Positions 28,530 through 36,816 of a stretch of DNA of 64,000 nucleotides are shown here, in pieces. Position 1 is the first letter of the stretch. The number at the start of each line of letters is the position of its first letter. The DNA lies in the NCBI GenBank assembly GCA_964454015.1, contig CAYVQF010000030.1:420-64419 (forward strand), written 5' to 3'. The notes under the pieces are model-generated. The model was not told the DNA's origin. It worked only from the letters and a program-made list of their open reading frames with translations, and made no database searches. Both the position numbers and the translations under genes were made by a program. The stretch comes from an uncultured Myxococcales bacterium (lineage in GTDB: Bacteria; Myxococcota_A; Bradymonadia; UBA4248).

Positions 28530-29771
28530 ATGGCAAAATTCAATCCCGAGCGGGCGTTGGTGTCGGCCAAGCGCGAATTCGGCGAGCATGGTGGGGTCGC
28601 GCCTTCGATCGAGCGATCTTCGACCTTCACGGTCATGGAACCGGGCATCATGCCGGAGATTTTTTCGGGTTTGCGCGGGCCGGACAAGGGAGGGTGTTTT
28701 CTCTACAGTCGCCATTTCAACCCCACAGTGGATGTCTTGGCCCGCTCTTTGGCGGCGCTAGAGGGTACGGAGGACGGTCTGTGCACAGCGAGTGGGATTT
28801 CGGCCATTGCTTGTTCCCTCTTGCAGTTGTGTGAGTTGGGCGACCACATCGTGGCGAGTGATACCATCTACGGGGGCTGCCACGCGTTGTTGGGCCAGCT
28901 CTTGCCGCGTTTTGGGGTGAAGACGACCTTTGTACCGCCGCATGACGTGGATGCCTTCGTCGCGGCCATCACCCCGCAGACGCGGGTGATCTATACGGAG
29001 GTCGTGGGTAATCCTACGCTGCGGGTGGCGAATATCCCGGCGTTGGCGGAGATCTGCCACCAGCGCGGGCTCACCTTGGTGGTTGACAACACCTTCACGC
29101 CAGTCATCGTGTCGCCAGCGCAGCTTGGGGCGGATGTGGTGGCCTATTCGCTGACGAAGTTCGTCAACGGGGCGAGTGACCTCATCGCCGGCGCCGTCTG
29201 TGGGCGCAAAGAATTCGTGTACCGGTTGATGGACCTGCACGAAGGACGGGTGATGTTGCTGGGGCCCACCATGGACCCGCGGGTGGCTTTCGACGTGTAC
29301 CAGCGGCTGCCGCACTTGCCGCTGCGCATGCGCGAGCACGGTCGCCGGGCGTTGGCCGTGGCTGAGAGGCTGGCTGAGATCGGGGCGCCGGTGTGTTACC
29401 CGGGCTTGCCCAGTCACCCCCAGCATGGGTTGTATAAGGAAATATTGAATGAGGGCTTTGGTTTTGGCGGCATGCTGACGTTGGATTGCGGCAGCCACGC
29501 CCAAGCCGAGGCGTTCATGGCGTCACTGCAGAACGAGGAGGCTTTTGGTCTCATCGCCGTGTCCTTGGGCTATTTCGACACGTTGATCTCCTGCTCTGGA
29601 TCGTCCACGTCCTCTGAGATTCCGCCCGAGGACCAAGCCAAGATGGGGCTGTCCCCGGGTTTGGTGCGGATCTCCATGGGTTTGAGTGGTGATCTCGACG
29701 ACCGCGTCGAGGCCATCGTGCGTTCGGTCAAGAAGGTTAACCTGCGTCTAGGGCGATGCAGCCCATGTTGA
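28530..29771 (+). CDS. Cys/Met metabolism PLP enzyme, methionine gamma-lyase-like
   Basis: YSRHFNPT, ASGISAI, VVDNTF, SLTKF (PLP lysine), AVSLG, GLVRISMG. Confidence 0.9.
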   Translation: MAKFNPERALVSAKREFGEHGGVAPSIERSSTFTVMEPGIMPEIFSGLRGPDKGGCFLYSRHFNPTVDVLARSLAALEGTEDGLCTASGISAIACSLLQLCELGDHIVASDTIYGGCHALLGQLLPRFGVKTTFVPPHDVDAFVAAITPQTRVIYTEVVGNPTLRVANIPALAEICHQRGLTLVVDNTFTPVIVSPAQLGADVVAYSLTKFVNGASDLIAGAVCGRKEFVYRLMDLHEGRVMLLGPTMDPRVAFDVYQRLPHLPLRMREHGRRALAVAERLAEIGAPVCYPGLPSHPQHGLYKEILNEGFGFGGMLTLDCGSHAQAEAFMASLQNEEAFGLIAVSLGYFDTLISCSGSSTSSEIPPEDQAKMGLSPGLVRISMGLSGDLDDRVEAIVRSVKKVNLRLGRCSPC

Positions 29772-29896
29772 ATCACGATGCGGAGGGCGCCAAAGCCAGC
29801 ACGATGAATATTGGGGGTGGGACCTTTGCGGTAGCGCTGCTGGCGCTGCTGTTGATGGGCCTGCTGGTTTTCGTGCTCATGGCCCTCTTTGGCTAG
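29756..29896 (+). CDS. Small single-TM protein (46 aa), below the ORF track cutoff
   Basis: MQPMLNHDAEGAKASTMNIGGGTFAVALLALLLMGLLVFVLMALFG; overlaps the stop of the upstream gene. Confidence 0.5.
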   Translation: MQPMLNHDAEGAKASTMNIGGGTFAVALLALLLMGLLVFVLMALFG

Positions 29897-30027
29897 GAGG
29901 GGGTAGGGCGGGAGACTCCGACGGCGGGTTGTTCCGCGCATCCGAGCTTGGCCATCGGGTCGGGCGTCGCCCGTTCAGCCGCGCCTGTCCATTGCAGCGC
30001 AGCCGGTGCTGGGGATAGGATGGGCTC

Positions 30028-31197
30028 ATGATCAACGCCATTGCCATTGAGCACTATCGTTCGCTCTACGACTTCAAGCTCTCCCTCCACGCGCTGGTGC
30101 TGGTCACGGGGGCCAACGGCAGCGGCAAGTCGAACTTTTACAGGGCCCTGCGTCTGCTGGCCGAAACGGCCCACGGGGGCGTGGTGCAGGCCCTGGCCCG
30201 CGAGGGTGGTCTTGCGTCGGCCCTGTGGGCTGGTCCGAGTGTGCGTTCACGGGCCATGGAGCTGGGTCATGTCGCGATCGAGCCTCAGGGGGGCAACCTG
30301 CAACCGCGTCGTCTACGCCTGGGATTCACCATAGACGAATTGTCTTACGCCATCGCCTTTGGCTTCCCCAAGCCCTCGAGGTCGGCCTTTTCCCTCGATC
30401 CAGAGATCAAGTATGAGGCCATTTGGAACGGGAAAGTGCGCCGAGCCAGTATCCTCGTCGAGCGCCGTCAGGGCGTTGTCAAAGCCATGGGCGGCGATGG
30501 GCGCGTCTTCCTGACGGAGTCGCTGTCGCCCTTTGACAGCATGCTTTCGGAGATGGGCGACCCCATTGCAGCGCCGGAACTGCAGGCCATGCGCGCTCAG
30601 ATCAAGCGTTGGCGTTTCTACGACACCTTCCGGGTCGACCCCGAGAGCCCCGTGCGCCAGCCACAGGTAGCGACCTTCACCCCCGTGCTCAGCGCCGATG
30701 GGCACGACTTGGCGTCGGCGCTGCAGACGATCATCGAGATCGGAGACAGCGCCGCCCTTGACGCGGCCATCAGCGATGCCTTCCCTGGTTCGGTGCTGCA
30801 GATCGAGACCCATACGTACAATGGTGTGATCAGCCTATCCTTGACGCAGCACGGTCTCTTGCGTCCTCTAGGCGCCACTGAGCTGTCTGACGGCACGCTG
30901 CGTTACCTGCTCTGGTGTGCCGCGCTGCTGAGCCCTCGTCCGGCGCCGTTGCTGGTGCTGAACGAGCCAGAGACGAGCTTGCACCAGGAGCTGATTCCCC
31001 CGTTGGGTCGCCTCATCGTTCAGGCGTCTCAGCGAAGTCAGATCTGGGTGGTCTCCCACGCGCCAGCGTTGGTGGAAACGCTAAAAGGTGAGGGTTCTTG
31101 CCAGGCCGTCGAGTTGGAGAAGCACCAGGGCGTCACACGGCATCGAAGCCGTAGCTTGTTGTCGAGTCTGTCGTGGCAGTGGCCTGCAGGTTGTTGA
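30028..31197 (+). CDS. AAA_21/COG4637-type ABC-fold ATPase
   Basis: GANGSGKSN Walker A, LSDGT signature, LNEPETSLH Walker B variant, VVSH. Confidence 0.88.
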   Translation: MINAIAIEHYRSLYDFKLSLHALVLVTGANGSGKSNFYRALRLLAETAHGGVVQALAREGGLASALWAGPSVRSRAMELGHVAIEPQGGNLQPRRLRLGFTIDELSYAIAFGFPKPSRSAFSLDPEIKYEAIWNGKVRRASILVERRQGVVKAMGGDGRVFLTESLSPFDSMLSEMGDPIAAPELQAMRAQIKRWRFYDTFRVDPESPVRQPQVATFTPVLSADGHDLASALQTIIEIGDSAALDAAISDAFPGSVLQIETHTYNGVISLSLTQHGLLRPLGATELSDGTLRYLLWCAALLSPRPAPLLVLNEPETSLHQELIPPLGRLIVQASQRSQIWVVSHAPALVETLKGEGSCQAVELEKHQGVTRHRSRSLLSSLSWQWPAGC

Positions 31198-31640
31198 GTT
31201 CAGGTGGTGGCGTTCGGGTCCAGGACTTGGTTTTGTTTCCCGGGGTGGTCGTGCTGCGGCTGAGCTTGTGTCTGAGCTTGTGGTCGTCATTGTCGTGGCA
31301 GTGGCCTGCAGGTTGTTGAGTTCAGGTGGAGGTGCTTCGGGGGCCATGCCTGAGTGGTAGTTCCCATGGCGGTCGTGCTGCGGCATGCGGCGGCGTCGGT
31401 GCCATGGTGGTCGTGCTGCGGCTGAGCTTGTGTCTGAGCTTGTGGTCGTCATTGTCGTGGCCGTGGCCTGCAGGTTGTTGAGTTCAGGTAGAGGTGCATC
31501 GGGGGCCATGCCTGGGTGGTAGTTCCCATGGCGGTCGTGCTGCGGCATGCGGCGGCGGCGGTACCGTGGAGGTCGTGCTGCGGCTGAGCTTGTGTCTGAG
31601 CTTGTGGTCGTCATTGTCGTGGCCGTGGCCTGCAGGTTGT
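31169..31640. repeat. 162-bp tandem repeat array (~2.4 copies plus a partial copy)
   Basis: GGTCGTGCTGCGGCTGAGCTTGTGTCTGAG starts at 31247, 31409 and 31571; partial copy at 31169-31208. Confidence 0.92.
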
Positions 31641-31739
31641 GAGGTTCGGGGACGTTCGGGGATGTTCACGGCCCATAGGGCAATTTGTCCATGGCAGTCG
31701 GCAGTCCCGCGTCCCACCACCCCCTCAACCACCCCCTCA

Positions 31740-31767
31740 ACGTCTCATAAGGGATATTATGTCAACT
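31740..31767 (+). other. dif: dif site (XerCD chromosome dimer resolution)
   Basis: ACGTCTCATAA-GGGATA-TTATGTCAACT versus E. coli GGTGCGCATAA-TGTATA-TTATGTTAAAT; intergenic; strand skew flips here. Confidence 0.85.
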
Positions 31768-32033
31768 TACGTGCCAGGGGCGCCCTGCGAGCCTAAACAC
31801 ACACAATTCAATACAATGTCCTCAAAATGACCTGGTCGACCGTAACGACACCCCACGCCCGAATTGACGACGCCCCGCAAAGAAGGCAGGACGACGCCAC
31901 GCAAAGAAGCCACCACGAACGAAGCACCACCATGACCAATGCCGACACCTCGCGCCGACGCCGTGGCACACCCCTCCTCCCGCAAACGCAAATCACAACT
32001 CTCCTGCAACTGCGACTCACAGACGGCGACACC

Positions 32034-32208
32034 CACCTCACCCCCAAACACCCAAACCAATCCACACCGGAAAGAAGACACGAATGGCGACCGCCACCCG
32101 CAAGGCCTATCGCCCGACTCACCCCCAACCCAAACCAATCCACACCGGAGAACAGACACGAATGGCGACCGCCACCCGCAAGGACCATCGCCCACCTCAC
32201 CCCAACCC
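32034..32208. repeat. 78-bp tandem repeat (~2.2 copies), A/C-rich
   Basis: CCCAAACCAATCCACACCGGA...GACACGAATGGCGACCGCCACCCGCAAGG at 32051 and 32129. Confidence 0.9.
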
Positions 32209-32788
32209 AGAGAACCAGACGCCAAAGCCCCACATGAAGCGAACTCGGCCCACCTCGCCCATGCTTCGCTCACAACCTCAGCTCCGCCATGAGACGCTCT
32301 TTCTCCTGTTGACCCAGCCACGCCAGCCTCACGACAGCCATCGCTTCTCAGAACCACTTGAACACGCCTCCGGGTCGCATCATCGCGACCTGCAGACATG
32401 GTGGATTATGTAGGCACCAGACACACCTGGCGAAAAACGCGGGTAGGCAACAGCCACCCCCAGCCCGAAAGACCCTCTGGAGCTCGGCGCTCGCAAAAAC
32501 GGCGGCTCGGCCTTCAGCGCTGACGCCTACAAGCCATCAAGAGACACGCAGCAGCACGGGCTCCCGACGCTGGCCACAGCCCGGCAGAGGTAACGCTGCC
32601 GCACGCGCAAGCGCTCGCACCATCGTGACCGCGAAGGCGCACAACACTAACGGGTGGCCTCCTTGGCGACCGATGGCCTAGCCCGCGCTGCCACGCCTCA
32701 TCTCACCGCCGACGAGCTCACGAAGAGGCCTGATACATGCGTAGATAGCTGCCGCTCCGTCCTCACCTCGGCGTCATCGGCGACAGCA

Positions 32789-33700
32789 TCACCGTGCCGC
32801 CAACAGGCGCGCGTAATCCTCGTCCGCGTGGTGCGAGGAACGCGTCAACGGCGACGACGACACCATCTTGAACCCCTTGCTCAAAGCCAACCTGCCGAGC
32901 GCAGCAAAAGCCTCGGGGGTCACATAGCGCGCCACCTCGGCGTGCGCCGCGCTGGGTCGCAAGTACTGTCCCATGGTCAGAAAATCGACATCAGCGCGCC
33001 GCAGATCGTCCATGACCGCAGCGATCTCTTCATCACTCTCACCCAGGCCGAGCATCAGGCCTGATTTGGTGAACTCAGCCCCTCTGCGAACCTTGACCTC
33101 AGCCAAAAGCCCCAGGGAATGGGCGTAGTCGGCGCCTGGTCGCATCGCCTCATAGAGGCGCGGCACCGTCTCCACGTTGTGATTGAAGACATCGGGGTGG
33201 GCCGCGACGATGAGATCGATGGCACCGTCTTTGTGACGGAAGTCCGGCGTGAGCACCTCGATGGTCGTCTGCGGGTTGGCCTGGCGCAGGGCGCCGATGC
33301 AGGCGGCGAAATGTCCTGCCCCACCGTCGGCCAGATCGTCGCGATCGACCGAGGTGATGACCACATGCTTGAGCCGCAAACGCTCGACGGCCTCGGCCAG
33401 CATGGCGGGCTCGGCTGGATCGGGCGGCTGAGGGTGGCCGTGGCGAACGGCACAGAAGCGGCAACGTCGGGTACAGTCAGCACCCAGGATCATGAAGGCC
33501 GCGTGGCGCCTCGACCAACACTCGTTTTGATTGGGGCAGCGCGCCGACTGACAGACCGTATGCAGTGACAAATGGCGCAGGATCCGGCCGACTTCGCCAT
33601 AGGCCTCGCCTGTGGCAGCCCGGATCTTGAGCCAGGCGGGCTTGTGGGTCCACCCGGCTGGGGAAGGGCCTGAAGCGGGGTGGTTCTCTCCGTTTTCCAT
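32789..33700 (-). CDS. lipA: Lipoyl synthase
   Basis: [56 protein letters not shown]. Confidence 0.96.
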   Translation of the reverse strand: MENGENHPASGPSPAGWTHKPAWLKIRAATGEAYGEVGRILRHLSLHTVCQSARCPNQNECWSRRHAAFMILGADCTRRCRFCAVRHGHPQPPDPAEPAMLAEAVERLRLKHVVITSVDRDDLADGGAGHFAACIGALRQANPQTTIEVLTPDFRHKDGAIDLIVAAHPDVFNHNVETVPRLYEAMRPGADYAHSLGLLAEVKVRRGAEFTKSGLMLGLGESDEEIAAVMDDLRRADVDFLTMGQYLRPSAAHAEVARYVTPEAFAALGRLALSKGFKMVSSSPLTRSSHHADEDYARLLAAR

Positions 33701-33888
33701 GACCAACACCTTTTGCTGCTCTGAGCTTGGGCCGCCGCACCGAGCGCCGGCCCGTGGCATCACACCCCTTTCACCGACTAGGGTCAATAGGCAGACGACT
33801 TGAAGCCAGCCGGACCAAAGGGAGAACGGCTTGGGGGAGGTTGATCTGCGCAGGACAATGATGTAGCCATTAGTCCGAGAGCCAGCCT

Positions 33889-33970
33889 GCCGGGATGGCG
33901 GAATAGGCAGACGCAGGAGACTTAAAATTTCCTATCGAAAGATGTGCGGGTTCGAGTCCCGCTCCCGGCA
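33889..33970 (+). tRNA. tRNA-Leu (anticodon UAA)
   Basis: GCCGGGA/TCCCGGC acceptor stem, GGAGA-CTTAAAA-TTTCC anticodon arm, long variable arm, GGTTCGAGTCC; CCA not encoded. Confidence 0.93.
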
Positions 33971-34086
33971 TTCAGCCATTTTTCCCGCTTAGCGCTGTCA
34001 ACGAGGCTACGGCCGGAGTGACGACGCTCTGAGGCGGACTAGCGACCGCCGCACCTGAATCCCACTGTGCGCAATGGAGTGAAGCT

Positions 34087-34434
34087 ATGGATACGCCCAT
34101 GACCGCCGAGTTCATCTTTGGCGAAGACATCCCCGAGTACTTGCAAGAGAACCCCGATGTGGTCAGCGAGATCGGCGCTGTCTACCAGTTCATCCTCGAG
34201 GGCGATGGCGGCGGACGCTGGTTCTTGGACTGCACGGCAGAGACCGACTGGGTGGGACGCGGCGACATCGCTGATCCCGACTGTACCGTTACCATGAAGG
34301 CCAGTGATTTCGTAGATCTTTACACGGGCAAGCTCTCCGGTCCCCAGGCTTTCCTCACGGGGAAGCTGCGGGTGGAAGGCGAGATGTCCCTCGCCCTCGA
34401 TCTGAGCAAGATCTTGGCGGCCGCCATCGACTGA
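34087..34434 (+). CDS. SCP2 sterol/lipid-binding domain protein
   Basis: YQFILEGDGGGRW, PDCTVTM, AFLTGKLRVEGEM. Confidence 0.88.
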   Translation: MDTPMTAEFIFGEDIPEYLQENPDVVSEIGAVYQFILEGDGGGRWFLDCTAETDWVGRGDIADPDCTVTMKASDFVDLYTGKLSGPQAFLTGKLRVEGEMSLALDLSKILAAAID

Positions 34435-34472
34435 AAAAGGCGAAGGCGGCGCCCCCCTGGGTGCGCCGCCCT
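34434..34472 (-). terminator. Intrinsic terminator between convergent SCP2 and htpG genes
   Basis: GGCGGCGC/GCGCCGCC stem followed on the minus strand by TTCGCCTTTTT. Confidence 0.6.
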
Positions 34473-34494
34473 CTGGTCCACTCACGGGCCTGTG

Positions 34495-36537
34495 TCAGAC
34501 CACGTCGAGCATGATGGCTGTCACCGCTTGGGTGTACTCGATGGGATCGGGCAGCGGAGAGCCCTCGGCGAGCAGCGCTTGCCCGTGGAGCAGCTCGGCG
34601 AAGAGCTTGATCTTGGGATCGGCCGCGTCGGCATTGAAACGCGCTTGCAGCTTGGCGAGAAGCGGATGGTCCGGGTTGACCTCCATGATGCGTTTGCGAT
34701 CGGGCATGGCCGACTGCCCCATTTTCTGCAGCAGGCGGTGGAAGTGCGGGCTGTAGTCGCCCTCTTCGCCCACCAAGCACACGGGAGACGAGGTCAAGCG
34801 AGCGCTGAGGCGCACCTCGGAGACGTAGGTCTCGAGGTGGGATTTGACCGCAGACAGTAGCTCGGCATAGTCTCCCTGCTGCGAATCGAGCTTGGAGCGT
34901 TGCGCCTGTCGTTCTTCCTCGGAGCCGAGCTCGACCTCGCCCTTGCCGACGAAGCGGATGGGCTTCTCTTTGTAGGTGTTGACTGAAGAGAAGAGGATTT
35001 CGTCATAGGGGTCGGTGAGGAAGATGACCTCGTAGCCTTTGGCGGCGAAGGCCTCCATGTGTGGCGAGCGCGCCACGGCGTCCTGCGATTCGCCGCTGAT
35101 GACGTAGATGGCGTCCTGTCCCTCTTTCATGTCGGCGACGTAGTCCGCGAGGGAGCGCACGCGCGGCGCCTTCGGGGTCTCCTCTGGGTCATCGGCCCCG
35201 TCATCCTGTCCTGCATCAGCGTCGTTTCGACGCGCCTCTTCCTTGGCAGTGGTCGTGCTCGCAAAGCGCAAGAGCTCGAGGAGGCGCTCCCGGTTGTCGT
35301 GGTCACTGACGGCGCCCTCTTTGAGGAGGCGACCAAAGTTCTCCCAAAGCTTGTCGGCCTTCTCGCCGCCGTCGGCGGCGATCTTGTCCAGGGCGTCGAG
35401 GACTTTCTTGGTCAGGCGCTTGCGGATGGAGCCAATGCGGCGGTCTTTCTGGAGGATCTCCCGGGAGACATTGAGGTTGAGGTCGGCGCTGTCGACGACG
35501 CCTTTGACAAAACGCAAGTAATCCGGAAGGAGGTCCTGGCACTCCTCCATGACCATGACGTGTTGTGCGTGCAAGCGGATCCCATAGCGCGCGTCGCGAT
35601 AATAGAGGTCAAAGGGGGCGCGGCTGGGGATGAAGAGGAGGGCGTGGTACTCCAATGTCCCTTCGGCTTTGAGGGAGATGGTCTCGAGAGGTTCGAGCCA
35701 GTCGTGGGTGATGTGTTTGTAGAACTCGTCGTATTCGCGCTGTTCGACTTCGGCCTGTGGACGGGTCCAGATGGCCTTCATGGTGTTGACTTGGGTCCAG
35801 GTGTAGGTCGGCGCCTGGGGTGCCTCCTCGGCGGCCTCCTCCTCGTCGTCGCGGGCCGGGGCTTGGGGCTTCTCCTCGACCTGGAGCATGATGGGGTACT
35901 GGATGAAGTCGGAGTACTTCTTGATGGTGGTGCGCAAGACCCATTCGGAGGTGAAATCCTCGAGGTTATTTTCCTCATCCGTGGGGCGCAGCTTCAGGCG
36001 GATGGTCGTGCCGGCCGTGTCGCGTTCGGCCGCTTCTACGGTGTACTCCCCGTCGCCCGTGGATACAAAAGCAAAGGCTTCTGCCGCACCAGCCCGACGC
36101 GTGGTGACGACCACCTCTTCGGCGGCCATGAAAGCAGAATAGAAGCCGACGCCGAAATGCCCGATGAGGGCGCGGACCTGTTCGTCCGTCTTGGCGGCCT
36201 TGATTTTGGCCATGAACTCTTTGGAACCCGAATGGGCGATGGTCCCGAGGTTTTCGATGATTTCCTCGCGTGACATGCCGAGGCCGTCGTCTTCGATGAC
36301 CAGGACGCGGGCATCGGCGTCGGCGTGGATCCTGATTTCCTGGCGTCCTTCGGGATGGGCGAGGGAGGGATCGGTGAGGGCCTCGAAGCGTCGTTTGTCG
36401 AGGGCGTCCGAGGCGTTGGAGATCAGCTCCCTGAGGAACACGTCCTTGCTCGAATAGAGCGAGTTGATCATCAAATCCAAGAGCTGGCGCGCTTCAGACT
36501 TGAACGCATGCACTTCCCGTTGTCTTTCCGTACTCAC
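34495..36537 (-). CDS. htpG: Molecular chaperone HtpG (Hsp90)
   Basis: FLRELISNASDA, DDGLGM, LGTIAHSG, IGHFGVGFYS, LNVSREILQ. Confidence 0.97.
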   Translation of the reverse strand: MSTERQREVHAFKSEARQLLDLMINSLYSSKDVFLRELISNASDALDKRRFEALTDPSLAHPEGRQEIRIHADADARVLVIEDDGLGMSREEIIENLGTIAHSGSKEFMAKIKAAKTDEQVRALIGHFGVGFYSAFMAAEEVVVTTRRAGAAEAFAFVSTGDGEYTVEAAERDTAGTTIRLKLRPTDEENNLEDFTSEWVLRTTIKKYSDFIQYPIMLQVEEKPQAPARDDEEEAAEEAPQAPTYTWTQVNTMKAIWTRPQAEVEQREYDEFYKHITHDWLEPLETISLKAEGTLEYHALLFIPSRAPFDLYYRDARYGIRLHAQHVMVMEECQDLLPDYLRFVKGVVDSADLNLNVSREILQKDRRIGSIRKRLTKKVLDALDKIAADGGEKADKLWENFGRLLKEGAVSDHDNRERLLELLRFASTTTAKEEARRNDADAGQDDGADDPEETPKAPRVRSLADYVADMKEGQDAIYVISGESQDAVARSPHMEAFAAKGYEVIFLTDPYDEILFSSVNTYKEKPIRFVGKGEVELGSEEERQAQRSKLDSQQGDYAELLSAVKSHLETYVSEVRLSARLTSSPVCLVGEEGDYSPHFHRLLQKMGQSAMPDRKRIMEVNPDHPLLAKLQARFNADAADPKIKLFAELLHGQALLAEGSPLPDPIEYTQAVTAIMLDVV

Positions 36538-36816
36538 CCTGGCCTCCTCTGTCGTGGTTGTCGGTGGGCGCGCTGGCGCCGCGATTTCGCCGCGGCAACC
36601 ATAGACACCGCCGGAAACGCATCAAGGGGAAAGGGGGGCCATTTTGTGCTCCCGGCCTTAACGATAGGCGTCGCTTTCGCGCATCCTGAGGAATGATGCG
36701 CCCGGGTTGTGGCGTTGTGACGCGAAGCGCGCTTTTGCCCAGGGTTTACGCGGGCGCGCAATTTATGCACCTTGGCAAGTGTCGCATTCATTGACGCTTG
36801 CGCCAGAGGAGAGACG

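Noticed and set aside
30028-31197. ATPase as part of a defence system (OLD/Gabija/PARIS)
   Set aside because: No adjacent TOPRIM, nuclease or DUF4435-type partner gene.
31081-31614. 177-aa minus-strand repeat ORF as a real gene
   Set aside because: Explained by a repeat period divisible by 3; overlaps the ATPase; no clear RBS. Not called as a CDS.
31169-32208. Repeat arrays as CRISPR
   Set aside because: Units are 162 and 78 bp contiguous tandem copies with no unique spacers, and there are no cas genes in the window.
32789-33700. Radical SAM enzyme as maturase for the NHLP-like protein
   Set aside because: It is a canonical LipA with both Fe-S motifs, 13 kb away.
33889-34090. tRNA as integration site of an island
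   Set aside because: No integrase and no duplicated tRNA 3' end seen in the window.
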